From NCBI RefSeq assembly GCF_004010195.1, contig NC_057754.1, positions 3,469,634 to 3,533,511 on the forward strand: a stretch of 63,878 nt of DNA. Direction: 5' to 3'. Positions 12,703 to 27,300 of the stretch are shown here, piece after piece. The translations under genes were made by a program, and so were the position numbers. The notes beneath the pieces were generated by a model that worked only from the letters and a program-made list of their open reading frames with translations, searched no databases and was not told where the DNA came from. Source of the DNA: Chiloscyllium plagiosum (taxonomy: Eukaryota). How positions within the stretch are numbered: position 1 is the first letter of the stretch; each line of letters opens with the position of its first letter.

Positions 12703-15700
12703 TAATGAACATTGCTCGCCCAGTCTGACTCAAATCGTCAACTGTTTCTCTCTCTCTCTCTGTGTGCGTGTGCAGATGTGCTTACTGAATATTTATGACA
12801 GGAAGATCTTTGTCTTAAAGGATTGAGGATTATGTTTTGAGATAGACAGAAGAAATGTCCGGCCTAATTCTGGCTACCTGCTGCTTATCAAGTGGCTCAG
12901 ACTTGAGGAAACTGATTTTCTGTTCTGGGGTGTGGCTATGGGATGTAAGGTACAGGTTCAAAGAACAGTCTGTGCCCTGTAATCTACTGTCGTACCTAGA
13001 GTTGCTTTTGAATGTCAATATCCGTTCTGTACCAAGTCTGGTAGTGTTGATATTGATAGGTGTACTTGCAAATCCCACATGATTGAACTGTGAATGTGTT
13101 GTACATCTATTGCAAGTCACTGGGGATTTCTTTATCTCCGGCTTAGTTGGTATAGTTAAGTGTGCTCACTGCTACTCTGTCCCAGAGGCAGGACAGTGTC
13201 CTCCAGGCTCACTAACTTCCTAAAAGAGGCTGCCAGAGAATGTGGGGCCTGGCTTGCAGGCCGATCTGTTGCTCATTACAGGTCCCTAACGCAGAAGGGA
13301 GGTGGTGTAACCACCCAATTGGGCAATATTTCACAACTCTTGCACGTCGTCAGTCACTGGCAATGCAGGGGGAACGGCCTGTACAGCTGAGCCTGTCCCA
13401 GGACAGTTACAAAGAAACGATTGCAGCCTTGCCTTTTGTAGAGGGGTCTACCATTCCTATCTCTCCTTTATTGCAGGTCAGTGTGGCGTTCACGTTGATT
13501 TGTTCTCTGCTGCTCATACCCCAGTAGTTTACCTGAGACCAACAAATGGACAACACCACTGATTTGTTTTCAGTCATGCCCACAAAGAAAACTATCCAAT
13601 CATAATCCTATCGTCCCAGAAGTCATGTGCTGTCTTCTCTGTACATCTTCTCTCTCCAGCCACTTACCAGCTTCCCTTTTAGAAATTCCTGTGGAATCTG
13701 TCTGCACTGACCTGTCAGTATTTGAATCTCTAGCAAATTACTACTTTTCCCAGTTAGTGGACTTCCAATCAATCTGGCTCCAGAGCACGTTGATATTTTC
13801 CCTTTTTTGTTTGTTTTTCCCCTTCCAGGTTCTTGAGCACCTTGGTGAAATCACCCCTTGCCCACCTTCGTTTTAAAACAATCCTGCAGTCTTGGCCTTC
13901 CTCCCCGGAGCTGAGAGTTGGTCCGCTCAGCCTGCCCTGTGTTGTCCGAAGGTCATGGCTGATGTGATAATATCTCTGACTGACTGCTTTATATCGTTAA
14001 TGGAGATCAAGAATCTGACAGTCAAGCCTCCCTGTGCATGGTGGAAGAGAATTTCACACTGACTCTCCAAACAAGGCTTCCTACTTGGGTTCCATTTCCC
14101 CTTAAACCACCATTCTTGTTGTCATACTGTCCTTTGCATCTCTGCACTAACTTCCCTCATGTAAGGAAAGAAAAAATCTTCACAATACTCCCAGTTGCAT
14201 CTCCAAGTTTCTAAGTAATTAGTCAGATGTGCAGCATGAAGCAGACCCTTTGATCCAACTCTTCTGTGCTGATCAGACACCCCAATCTAATCTCTCCACT
14301 TGCCAGCTTTTGGCCCATATCCCTCTTAAACTCTTCTTAGTCTCACATCCATCCAGATGCCTTTGAAATGTTATAATTGTGCCACTTCCTCTGGCAGCTT
14401 ATTCCATTCACGCACCACCCTCTCCCTTGAAAAGGTTGCCCCTTAGTTCTGGACCCCCCACCCTGGGAGCAAAGACCTTGGCTATTCACCCTATCCATGC
14501 TCCTTGTGATTTTATAAACCTCTGTAAGGTCATCTCTCAGCCTCTGACAGCCCCAATCTGTTCAGTCTGTCCCTATATAGCTCAAATCCTGCAGTCCAGG
14601 AACACCCTTAGTCTTTCCTGCGCACCCTCCATTTTAACAAAATCCTTCCTATAGAAGGGTGATCAGAATGCAGTATTCCTGAAAGTGGTCTCACTAATGT
14701 CATGTACAGCTGCAACATGTTGTTACAACACAGGATAAACCCTCTGCTTAATTTAAACCAGAAACAAGATTTATCCCGTGCAGTAATCTGTGAACATTCG
14801 AGCCCAAGAACTATTTGAAGTGAAAATTAACAACTTTATTCCTTAAGTATCACAGAATAATTAACTAACAACAAGTGTAAACAACTCCTTCCCCTCCCCT
14901 ATCTTTTACTTTCCCTTCTACAGTGGTAGTCTGATAAAATCCCGGAGATTGACAAATTCAAATTTCAAAACCTACCAGCTCTCGGTTCCTCTATCTTTCT
15001 CTGTAGATTTGCTCTCTGCGTCGGTGTCAATGTTTTGTGTGCAAACTCCTTCTCTAGACAGGTACCTTGCTACATTTGTTGGTCCTTTGGCAGTTCTTGC
15101 CCACCTGTTCAATTTTTTTCAGTTTTATACCCCAAAGCATCAGTCATTTCATTGGTATCAATATTGTCCAAATACTAAATTCAAACCTGATTGGAGTTTG
15201 GTATTTGGAGCCTAATTTAAACTGTCTGAATTCAAATTTTTGTCTCCAGGCAACCCAGCTGATCTAGCTGTTTGACCAAATGTTACATTTTAAATTTTCC
15301 AGTACTGTCTGCTTCTAAGTCCTTGCTAGCTTTCAAAGTAACCGTACAGTATGCCTTCATAACTGCAAACTCCTGCACTGAATGCATGGCCCAAAAAGGT
15401 CAGCATGTCAAATGCCACTTTCTCCCCCTGTCGACCTGTGACTCCACTTTCAAGGAACACCAGCTCTCTCTCTCATGGCTCTACCATTAACTAAGCTAGC
15501 TCTGCCCTGGCTTGCCTTCTCCCGTTTGTTTCCATTTGCTTATATAACCATGTGTTGTTGACCTTGCTCTGAGCAGAGTGGACATCGTCTCCCTTCTGCA
15601 CTTAACACCCATTTGACCTCCCAACCGCTCCTTCACCTCTTAGCAACCCCTGCCTTTGGCTCTGGGCACTCCTGCCAACTGTTTGCTTGCTGTTACTCAC

Positions 15701-18700
15701 CCTGTCTCAACATTTTAAAACACAAATTTCCATTCCCTTTCAGTTTGGAAAAGTTCGATCAGACTTTAACTAAAAACCTCAAGAGCTGTGGATGTTGTGG
15801 GTCAGAAACATCTGCTAGACCAGCTGAGCTTTTTCAGCATTATCTGCTTTTTTCTTTTCCACAAGGGTTCCCTGATCTCATTTCTTTCAGTGCTTTGTTT
15901 GATATCACATTGTTCTGTAGTCTATTTAAATCACCTTTTCTGTTCTTTGTTTCGCACTGTTACAACCTCTAGTTTCAATGAATTCAGCAATTTACCAAGT
16001 GCAGGTCAGCCAAGTTTGCTGTGCCTGGACTTTGCACCCTGTTATCAGAAAAATTGGTGTTTTTGAGGAGGTGGTTGCTGAATTAACTTGGTGTCTGGAA
16101 AAGGCTAAAGTGATTTGGGAGTGGGTGTGCAGCGCTGTGGACTCTGACTGGGAAATGCACAGACCTCCACTTCTGTTTCTTGCGGTGACTCTAAAACGGA
16201 TGCTGTAACAGCAGGTGACAGGAGCAAGGCTTCATGAGTGTAACTGGGCAACTAATCCAGAGGCCCTCACCCATGTTCTGATGTTTAAATGCTATTGTGG
16301 CTGATGGAAAAATCTGAGTTCAGTAACAATCTGGTTGACCTAACCTCAGGCCAATTGTCTAAAGATCCCCCTGATTCTGTAGGAAAGCAAATCCCTTGGT
16401 CTGAGTCAGCAGACCCGCTTAGCAGAGTTAACTCCCTCTGGAATGACCCTAGTGAGATCAGTTTCAGCAACAAGCAACAAATCTACTGCCCACATCCCAC
16501 CCTGGAAAAAGACACGAGCACAGTACTTTTGCTTGTGGCCATCTGAATAAATGTTGTGGGAATAAATGTTTGTCTGGGATCCAGGAGTAAACTGTTCTAC
16601 TCCAGTGCCCTAATGTATTTTAGCATTCCTACTGCTCTGCCTGCCACCACCTTCAGTATCAGCCTGGACCCTGGCTCAGGCTCTAAAATGATTGTGGTAT
16701 GTAGCTGAAACCCATTCCCTCAGATCAGTCTGTCATGCTCGTTTAGCAGAACGGCCCAGCTTTGAAAGGTGGCAGAGCAGCAGCTGCTGTGTAGAACTGC
16801 TATTTATCACATGTTCTCGCTGGTTTTGTCTTCCTGTGGTTTTGTGTTTATGCTGGGTATGAGATCTGCCTGAGGCTTAGACCAAGTAGTTGTGGCTGAT
16901 GTCTAATACAAGACTGTGCTGTTGGTATCTTGAAGCTTGGTAACTTCAAGCTTACTTGAAGTTTGCAATAGAGGGCCCTCTGCCTAATTGGCACAACCTT
17001 TTACACCCATATTTCCAAGTTAGGGCGAGGGGTTTACCTTGGTACCTGGGGTCCAGTATTTGTCCTGCAATCACTGCTAGTGTACACTGAGCAAACAGCT
17101 CTGATTCCAACATGACCACAGTGATCGCCATTAACAAAGGGCTGAGTTTGTGGCTGTAATGAGCGTTACTGGATTAGATTCCCTAGTGTGGAAACAGGCC
17201 CTTCGGCCCAACAAGTCCATACTGACCCTCCAAAGAACAACCCACCCAGACCCATTCCCCAATGTTTTACCCCTGACGAATGCACCTAACACTACGGATA
17301 ATTTAGCACGGCCAGTTCACCTGACCTGCACATCTTTGGACTGTGGGAGGAAACCAGAGCACCCGGAGGAAACCCATGTGGAGAATGTGCCTGTTTTACA
17401 CAGTAGCCTGCGGTGGGTATCAGTGAGGTGATTTTGAAGTCCCCTGCCCAGATTTGCTTGTCTGCGAGTGGATCCTGTAACATGTAGTTACCAACACCAC
17501 CGGTTAGACCCAGGGAGCTGATTTTAGGAGAATTGGCCAGGTTCATGTGGAAGGGAGACCTTTGGCTGCATGTTGAATCCGTCTGACGATTCAGAGGAAT
17601 GAAATACCAGAGCCCTGGCCAAGTGGGCACAGTGCCAGATTGTGATGGGGCCCATTCACTGAATTGTTAACCACACTGGGATATGGGTGCTGAGTGACTG
17701 TGAGCAGTTTCTGCTGGTTACATGGGGTGTACCTTGACCAGAGGAGTCTTTGGCTAAACCTTGAGGATATAACCAGCACAGTTGATTTGGTGACTAGTAA
17801 TTTGAAGTGATAGGGTATCACATAAAAGATTTTTGTACAGGATAAATTCAGTATTGTGTGCATGTATTAGTGTGGATTAACACAACATTGGCATTAATTG
17901 GGCATTTTTAGGTTGAAAATGTGCTACAAGATTCGTCCCTAGGGTCTCTATTATTCATCCTTGTGTATAACCCTGGTTCAGTCTCACTTGGAGTACTGAG
18001 AGCACTACATTGTGGGAAGGATAGATTGGCCTTGGAAAGAGCGCGACATGGGTTTGCAAATGAAACCTGGGCTTGGGTGAAGTTGAGATTACACAATTTA
18101 GGCCTGTTTTCTCTGAATTGAGGGGTAAATGTTGTGGGCCAAAGGCAGGTATATGAAGATGGAGCACAGATCAGCCATGATCCCAATGGCTAAACTTGAG
18201 CAGCTGAATGGCCTCCTGTTCCTATGAGTTTGAAGAATTGGTGCATCTAGATTTGCTGCTGGGAGGGCTTGTGATATAAGGAATTGGTGAGGAGAGGTTG
18301 AGTGAGTGGGCACGTACTTTGGTGGAACTTCATGTCGGAAAGTGAGATCACGCACTTTGTAGGGAGGACCAAAAGAGAGTATTATTTAAAAGGGGGGAGA
18401 GACTCCCAACCATGCAGTGTGTGGAGGAATCTGGGTGGTCTTGTCCAGAATAACTTTCATGAGCCAGTGTAGCAATAATTGAAGATAGATGGTAATTTGA
18501 CCTGTCTTGCTCAGGACTGGAGGGTTAAACGAGTGCAATCCTGTCATAACTGGACTAGGAGGGTTGGTTGTCTGTGATTTTGGTCCCTGAATTTAACTGA
18601 AGTACTGATCCCTGGGATGAAGGGTTTAAGAGCAAATTTAAGCCATTTGGCCCAACATTTGATCATGGTAGATGTTTCTCCACTCCATTCTCCTGTCATC

Positions 18701-20061
18701 CTGTAAACTTTGATCCCCCTTATTCAAGGATCCATCTTTCTGTCCTAAATACACTCAATGACTTGTACTTGAAGTGGGTGCTGGCATGGGACAGGGTGAC
18801 ACTAGGCACATGGACATACAAAATGGCCGCTGAACTATAAATTGGCCACTTGAGACACAAGATGGCCACCGGACCACATTATGGAGAGAGGCAGCAGAGC
18901 AAATGCAGATACTGCCTAGGACCATCAGGATGCCAGCACAACACACTTGAATCTAGCTGATTAGCTTAAGGCAGGTGGGGGGAGAGAATACCTGAGTACT
19001 GTATACTGCCTGCCAAAGTGACTGGGTCCAGCCAACACCTTTTCATAGATATGCTAACAGCTTGATACAGACTCAATACAGAGTGCTAATAGCCAGGGCT
19101 GCAGTAATCGTCCTTCTCAGGAAGAGTGATTAGCGCCCATTACCACAGCAATGGATTTCCACAGCAGACACTGAAACTGGCAATGGCAGCGCTGAAATTA
19201 ACAAAAGGCTGTGCTGGAACTGACTGCACTGAAACTATTAACGATTCTGCAATGTTTACAACAAACTGTTAGAGACAACTTCATCACTGACCTAGTGTAT
19301 CTCAAAACGTATAGACGTATCTTGCCATGCTCTGGGTCGAGAGAAGACTTGCGGCTGACCATTGTGCTGTTGGTGCCTTTCTCTCCCCAGAGCTCCAGGA
19401 TTTCCTTGTACAATAAACTCCACCATTGAACTCTGACTCGGAGACTGGTGATTTTCCCCACAACAGACTCCACAGGCCTCTGGCAATGAGTCCCACAGAT
19501 TGACTACTCTGGCTGAAGAAACTCCCACATCTCTGTACTAAAGGGTCACCCATTACTGAGGCTGTGCCCCCTCAGGGTCATGGTCTCCCTCCTAGTGGAG
19601 ATGTCACCCCCACATCCACTCTATCCAGGCCCCCTGATATCCTGTACGTTTGAGGTCACCCACGTCCTCCATTCTCCTTAACTCCATTGAGTATAGACAG
19701 TTCTCCACTGTCCTGATGTGACAAGCCCTGGCTTAAGGATACTGAAATGGGTTAGTAAACCGACCTTGGTGAAACATTCAAGATTCGGAGGCAGGGGGTT
19801 TGACGGGTGGTTGTCGAGATGTTTCCACGTGAGTGGATCTCTGTTATGATGCCGTTCTGCTTCACATCCAAAGAAATGTCGTCTCCAGATGGGAGTGAGT
19901 GTTTGGAATTCTCTACCATGATTGTGGCGGATAGCTCGCTGTTTTAGAAACTGGAATCGGGGACTTTGAAAGCTGACCTGAAAGAATTGGTGCAGATGGG
20001 CTGAATAGCTTCCTGTTAGCTCCAAGTTCTGACCCCCTTCCCCGTTGCTGGTCTCTTCCAG

Positions 20062-20474
20062 GTTATGACTTTGCGGCGGTGTTGGAATGGTTTGCTGAGC
20101 GGGTGGACAGGATCATCCTGCTGTTTGATGCCCACAAACTGGACATCTCTGACGAGTTCTCGGAGGTCATCAAGGCCATGAAGAACCATGAGGACAAGAT
20201 CCGGGTGGTGCTCAACAAAGCTGACCAGATCCACACGCAGCAGCTGATGCGGGTCTACGGTGCCCTCATGTGGTCACTCGGCAAGATCATCAACACGCCC
20301 GAGGTGATCCGTGTCTACATCGGCTCCTTCTGGTCCCAGCCCCTCCTCATCGCCGAGAACCGCAAGCTGTTTGAGGCAGAGGAGCAGGACTTGTTCAGGG
20401 ACATCCAGAGCCTACCGAGGAATGCAGCGCTGAGAAAACTCAACGACCTGATCAAGAGAGCACGCCTGGCCAAG
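20062..20474 (+). CDS. EHD1: EHD1 coding exon 3 (413 nt; [33 protein letters not shown]...NKAD...KRARLAK)
   Basis: ttccAG acceptor ending 20061, GTAAG donor at 20475. ORF 20079..20519 carries the EHD NKAD motif and helical region. Confidence 0.97.
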
Positions 20475-20969
20475 GTAAGGAATCACAGAATCCTTCGGCC
20501 TGACGGTAATCCTAACTAAACTCGCCCCACCTGCCTGCTCCTGGCCCATATCCCTCCAAACCCTTTCCCATTCATGGATTTATCCAAATGTCTTAAAGTT
20601 GTGACTCTACCCCAATCTGCCAAGAGGTTGGAGGGGAGGGAACTAAATTGGTGGGGTGAGGCGTCCCACTGATTTCAATGGTGTGCATCACATCTGTTTG
20701 AGCCCTTCATGGTGGAGGTGTCGGCCTTTCGACCCTCTGGTTGTTACTGACCTGGGCCTTGCTCCATTTTCCCATCTGCTCCCTGTCTCTCTCGATTCGT
20801 AGCCAGGCCAAAGCCAGCAATGATCCCAGCCTTGAATCCATTCAACATTGGAGCATCCACTGCCCTGGAGGGTAGAAGATTCCAGACATTCATTGCCCTC
20901 TGTTCCTCAGTCCTTGACAGTCAGCCCCTTCTCTTGAGATTGTTACTGCCTGGGCAGGGAGACTGAGGC

Positions 20970-23130
20970 AATAAGGCACAGGAACAGAAATTAAGCCATT
21001 CAGCCCCTTGAGTCTGCCTTGCCGTTCAATCGTGCCTGATAAGTTTCTAACCCCATTGTCCTGCTTTCTCCCCAAACCTTTGATCCCGTTGATATTCAAC
21101 CTATCTATCTCTATCCTAAACATAGTCAATGACCTGGCCTCCCCAGCCTTCTATGGCAGTGAATTCCATAGATTCACCATAGGCTCAAGTGGATTCTCCT
21201 CTTCGTTCGAAAAGGTCTTCCCTTACTCTAAGGCTGTGCACTCAGCTCCTAAGCTCTCCTACCAGTGGAACACCTTCCCAGTATCTACTGTGTCGACTGT
21301 TCAGTATTCTCCCGTTTCAATGAGACTCCCTTGTCCACCTTCTAAACTCCATCGAGTACAGACCCAGAGTCCTCACCATCTTTCTTGTATGTTAAGCAGT
21401 TCATTTCAAGGACCATTCTGGTGAACCTCCTCTGAACCTGTTCCAGAGCCATACATCCATCCTGAGATATGGGGCCCAAAACAGTGCACAATCCTCCAAA
21501 GGTGAAAAGTTGTGGCCCCAACACTGAGCCTTGCAGAACACACTTGTCACCGGCTGCCATCTTGAGAAGGACTCTTTTATCCCCACCCTCTGTTTTCTTC
21601 CAGACAGCCAAGTTTCTATCCATGCTAGCACCTGGTCTCTAATGGGGCCATTAGCTTACTCAGTAGCCTCCTGTGCAGCACCTTCTCACAGGCTGCCTTG
21701 CAGTCCAAGTAGATAACATCCATTGACTCTGGTCAAACCTGCTCCTTGCTTCCTCAAAGAACTCGAGCAGATTAGTCAGGCATGACCTCCCCTTGCTGAA
21801 ACTGTGCTGACTGTGCCCTATTTTACCATACACTTCCATGGATTCCAGGATCTTGCCCATGACTGAGATTTGGTTAATCAGTCTGTAATTTTCCCCTCTT
21901 TGTCTTGCTCCATTTTTAAGCTGGAGTGTCACATTCGTGATTTTCCAGTTCTCTGGAATTCCCTGATTCTAGCGATTCCTGAAAGAATGACCATTAATGT
22001 GCCACCGCTTTCTCTTCAGCTGTCTCCCTTAGAACTTTAGGGGTGTAGTCCACCTGGTCCAGGGGGGTTTATCCATCCTCAGGCCTTTCAGCTCTGCCCC
22101 CTCTGTTGAATTTTTGAAATATTAATCATGTTTTCCACTGAAGTCTGATGTGAAGTAATTGAGTTCCTCAGCAGTTTCCTTGTTTCCCCACTAGTATCTC
22201 TCCACTCTCATTTTCCAGTGGACCCAATGTCCTCTTTTGCCATTTATATATCTAAAGAAACTAGCTAATCTTATTACTTGCTAATTTACCCTCATATTTA
22301 ATTTTTTTTTCTTTTGCCTTCTGTTGGTCTTTGTAAGCTTCCCAATCCTTTGGTTTCCCACTGTCCTTCACCACAGTATATGCTTTCTCTTCTGCTTTGT
22401 TGCTATGGCCAACTTGGGAAGTCAGGGATTGTTGCTTCATCCTCCCTGCGCTAAGCTGCTTTTACCTCTGGATGAATGTGTCTCCTGAATTATTCCCAGA
22501 AACTCTTGCCATTGCTATTCCACTTTTTCCTGGTAGGCCGCCCTCCTAGTCAGTTCTACCCAGCTCCCCCCTCATGTCTGTGTAGTTGCCTTCAGCTGTA
22601 ATACCATTATCTGATTCTACCTTCTGTCTCTCAAATTGCAGAGTGAATTCAGTCATTGGATCACTGCCTCCTAAGGGTTCCTTCACCTTGAGCTTCCTTG
22701 TCAAGTCTGCTTCATTGTATAACAACACTGAATCCAATATTGCCTGTTCCTTGGGCTCTAAGCTGCTCCAAAAAGCCATCTCTTAGATGTTCCACAAATT
22801 CCTTTTGCAATCCACTACCAATTCGACTTTCCCAGCCCACCTGCATATTGAAGTCCCCATGATCACTAACTTTGCCTTTCCTACACATCATGTGGTGTAT
22901 CTTGCACCCCAGCTCCTGATTGCTGATTGGGGACCTGCACATGACTCCAGCTATTTTTTTAACCTTTGCAGTTCCCTAACTCTCCCCACCCGCATTCTGC
23001 ACCATCTGACCCTACTTCGTTTCTTACTATAGGTATTAAATTTTAATTTCGTTCCTTACAATAAGGCAACCCCACCTCCGCCCACCTGCATACCTTTTCA
23101 ATAGGACGTGTATTCAGCTTCCAACCCTGA
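20970..23130 (-). mobile_element. Older, heavily deleted CR1 LINE (endonuclease to RT to 3' end)
   Basis: Fragments GDFN, ILD.VL.N, GRSCLTNLLEFFEE, QGSVLGPQLFT and LEQVQRRFTRM. Confidence 0.8.
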
Positions 23131-23136
23131 TCTCTT

Positions 23137-24330
23137 TAGAACATAGAACAATACAGCACAGAACAGGCCCTTCGGCCCTCAATGTTGCGCCGACCTGTGA
23201 ATTATTCTCTGCTCGTCCCCTACACTATCCCAAAATCATCCATGTACTTATCTAAGGATTATTTAAATCTCCCTAATGTGGCTGAGTTAACTACATTAGC
23301 AGGTAGGGCATTCCACGCCCTTACCACTCTCTACATAAAGAACCTGCCTCTGACTTCTGTCTTCAATCTATCACCCTGCAATTTGTAGTTATGCCCTCTC
23401 ATACACGCTGACGTCGTCATCCGAGGAAAAAGACTTTCACTGTCGGCCCTATCTAGTCCTCTGACCTTGTATGTCTCTATCAAATCCCCTCTTAGCCTCC
23501 TTGCCAATGAGAACAGGTTCCAGTCTCTCAGCCTTTCCTCAAGACCTTCCCTCCAGACCAGGCAACATCCTGATAAATCTCCTCTGCACCTTTTCCAATG
23601 TTTCCACATCCTTCCTGAAATATGGCGACCAGAACTGTACACACTATTCCAAGTGTGGCCGCACCAATGTTTTGTATAGTTGCAGCATATTGTGGTTCTG
23701 GAACTCAATTCCTCTACCAAGGAAACCTAATACACTGTATGCCTTCTTAACAGCACTATCCACCTGGGTGGCAACTTTCAGGGATCTATGTACATGGACT
23801 CCAAGATCCCTCAGCACATCCCCACTAACAAGAATCTTTCCATTGACCCAGTACTCTGCCTTCCTGTTCTTCCCAAAGTGGATCACCTCACATTTAGCTG
23901 CATTGAACTCCATTCGCCACCTCTCAGCCCAATTCTGCAGTTTATCCAAGTCCCCCTGCAACATTCTTCCACACTGTCCACTACTCCACCGACTTTAATG
24001 TCGTCTGCAAACTTACTAATCCATCCACCTATGCCTGCGTCTAAGTCATTTATAAAAATGACAAACAGCAGTGGTCCCAAAACAGATCCTTGTGGCACAC
24101 CACTAGTAACCGGACTCCAGGCTGAATATTTTCCATCAACCACCACTCGCTGCCACCTTTCAGAAAGCTACTTTCTAATCCAAACTGCTAAATCACCCTC
24201 AATCCCATGCCTCTGCATTTTCTCCAACAGCCTACCATGTGGAACCTTATCAAAGGCTTTAATGAAGTCCATGTACACCACATCAACTGCCCTACCCTCA
24301 TTCACATGCTTGGTCACCTTCTCAAAAAAA
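23137..24330 (-). mobile_element. CR1/HER1-type LINE 3' part (RT domain, frameshifted), nested in an older CR1
   Basis: Minus-strand ORFs give [44 protein letters not shown] and LYKTLVRPHLE, with a (TAGAACA)n tail at 23137. Confidence 0.92.
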
Positions 24331-27300
24331 CTCTGGTGCCCACCCCATTGCACCTGCCAGTTTTGGCTTGCTTACCTTATTCCTTAGACTACTTGCATTC
24401 TGATATAATCTGTCAGCCCTGTCTTTCTGTAGTCTGGAGAAAATGTAGGATCAAATTCCACCCCTAGGACCAAATTCCACCCCCCCCCCTCAATCCCCCC
24501 TCAGAGGGCACTCCTGTTCACCCTGAGACCAGTGAATCTCACTGTATTGCCTCCAGTGGATTTGTTAGCATCTCTCCTTCCCCCCCGAACTGTGCGCTCT
24601 GTTCCTCTTGGCCTTACAAAACCCTTGCTGACGTACGTGATCGGAATCATGAGGCATTGTGCAATGCAGTAATTTACAAGACCACTTGCGATATATTTCC
24701 TGAAATGTGACCCAGAATTACAGAACATGTCAATGCCGGGATCCCTCTAGCTGATGTCAGACAGCTTTTGAAAGCTACTTTGGGTCTGTCTTCCAGTTGC
24801 CCTGCAATGTCTTGTGGAGTGCTGATTCTCATGAGGAAGGCTAACATTGCACTGAACTCTGTTCTCTCATACTCTTCTCAATCCAACAGCACCTTCAGCC
24901 ACCACCTTTCCATAGCTCTCTAATCAATGTTCCAAGTTTAATGCAGGCACTGCTGTCGATTTGGGAGTTCCTGCAAGCAATGTGAATTCTTTTAAATTCA
25001 AAAATAACTCTTAAAATTTCCCCAGCCCCCTCATAGTTGTGGGGCTTATTTCCCAAACACCTGGAGTGCAAGCCGTGAGATAGCGAGAGCGCTCTGTTTA
25101 AAGATTTCTCCTGACAGATGGGTTTGAAAGCCCACCAGTACAGGGAGGGACTGAGCAACGACCTGAATTTGGCCTCTTCCTTGGCTTTAAATCCCTACCT
25201 GTCTGTCTCTACTTAAACCAGGCCTCCGGTTAATAATGGTTCCATGTGGTTGGAAGGCCTGTACCAGTGGTGACACTTCTGAACCTGTGAGCAGAGAATT
25301 GTGTCCATTCCATTCTGTCCCAGTACTGTTTGTTCCTGAATCTGACACGCGTTTCTGTCCTGTATCATGGTGTAGCCTTGAGAACTGCTCTGTTTGGGGT
25401 GGGGGTGGATGACCAGCAGTATTGGAAAGGACTGACTATTCCCAGCAGCTTTTGTCTGCAGTGTATTGATTCAGCCCAGCCCAGAGTGTGGGGAATGAGT
25501 TTACTCTAGGAGGAGAGGGGGGATGAGCTGTTGAGGTGGCTCTGAACCCTGTAGGCTGTCCAATGTTGTCCCAGAATAAGTGATCATCCTCACTGCAGGA
25601 TTAGACATAGGAGCAAAGTTGGCCATTCAGCCCATCAGGTTTGCTCTGCTGTTGAATGGCTGATCAACTCCTCTTTCCTGCCTTTTTCCCCCAAACCCCT
25701 GATTCTCTTCCTGATTAAAAATCTCAGCTTTGAATAACCTAGCCTCGACAGCAGTGACAAATTCCAGATTCACCACCCTTTTGAAAGAATTCCTCCTCGT
25801 TTCTGTCTTAAATGTGCGACCCTTAAATGAAAGCTGCATCTCTGTGCCTTCTGGACCTGGACTTTCCCACAGTGGGGGGGACCAGCCTACACTCATCCAC
25901 CTTGTCAGGGTCTGTAAGCATCTTTGTTGCAGTTAAGTGGCCTCTCCTCCTTTCCAGTGAGTACAGGCCCAAACTAATCTTACTCAACTATTCCTTTGTA
26001 CTGTGGACTGAGTGAACCAGCCATGGACTGTCTCCAATACCAGTATACATTCACTTGGGGAAGGGGACCGAAACTTTGCTTTGCTAGTTGCTTGGGAGGG
26101 GTGAAGGCAGCCATTAATCAGCCAGGTCAGCATGTTTCTCCCATCCCCTGTTGCCCTTGGAGGTACCTGTTGAGTTGCTGTCAGTACAAATGTTCGTTCA
26201 CAGTATTCCAGCTGGGGTCTAACTAATGCTTTGTGTAGTTTTACCAAAAACTCCATCTGTATCTTCCCTTTTATCTTGACAGTAAAGGCCAACGTTCCAT
26301 TTGTCCTTCCCCATAACCTGCTGAACCTGGATGCTAACTGTAATTTGTGGACAAGGACTCTTCCATTTTCTTTTAAGTAGCATCCATACTCTTCCTGCCC
26401 ATGTGCCTCACCTCATATTTTCCCATGTTCTATTCCAATTTCCATGTTTTCATTGCCCCCTCACTCTACCTAACTCCATCCCTCTCTGCAGATTTCAGTT
26501 ACTAATGTCAGTCATTATGACCCAGCACTGATCACTGTGGTGTTACTTAGAGGGTCCACCCTGGACATGGCCTGCCTTATCTGACTATCTTTTCTATTAG
26601 AGAGCCAGTCCTCCCTCTCTGTACTCCTGCTGGCTGTTAACTTTGTCTCTGTGCTGCTCTGAAGCTTGTGCCTTGAGCTGCCTTCTCCCACAAACCACCC
26701 TTTTTAAAAGAAATTTGAGATCCAGCTTTATGGCTGTCCTCTAATTTGATATTGATTCTTACAGCGTAACATGGGGAGGTAGCTGGCTTAAAGGTCTACA
26801 AGACTGTAGAGCGTTGTACAGCACAGAGACCCTTCAGCCCAAATCATCCATGCTGACCAGAGACCCTAAATTAGTCTAGTCCTGTTTCCCAGCCTTTGGC
26901 CAGTATCCCTCTTAAACCTTTCCTAATCATGTCCCCATCCAAATGCCTTTTTAAATGTTGTACTAACGCTGGCAGCTCATTCTGTACATACAGACACCCC
27001 CACCCACCCACCTTAAACCTATGCTACAGCCCTGTCCAAGTCTTTGAATCAACTTATGGTGCACCCTTATCAAACTCAGCATGTCATGCACAGCTCTCCC
27101 AATACATAGCCTTTAAGTCACGGATGGCCGTTCCCACTTTCAGTGTGAGCAGTTCAGTCTGTAACAGGGTGGTTTTTTCCCCCCCAGATGTTCTTAAATC
27201 ACTTAAATGCCTAATCTTAAGTACAGCCAGTGTTCAATTTGCCCACCCTCTGGGCTTCAAAGTGTAAACCACCTGGACTGCAGGGCAATGACGTTTGAGA

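Noticed and set aside
14721..15365. AT-rich insert starting TGTTACA next to a CR1 fragment, possible LTR
   Set aside because: No clear 3' CA end or TSD was found.
16204..16213. TGTAACAGCA matches the 5' end of miR-194 (the miR-192/194 cluster neighbours EHD1 in mammals)
   Set aside because: The match stops after 10 nt, with no hairpin or miR-192 partner. The cluster is expected upstream of exon 1, outside the window.
23471..24387. Longest ORFs in the track (175 and 199 aa, + strand)
   Set aside because: Antisense shadows of the CR1 RT on the minus strand.
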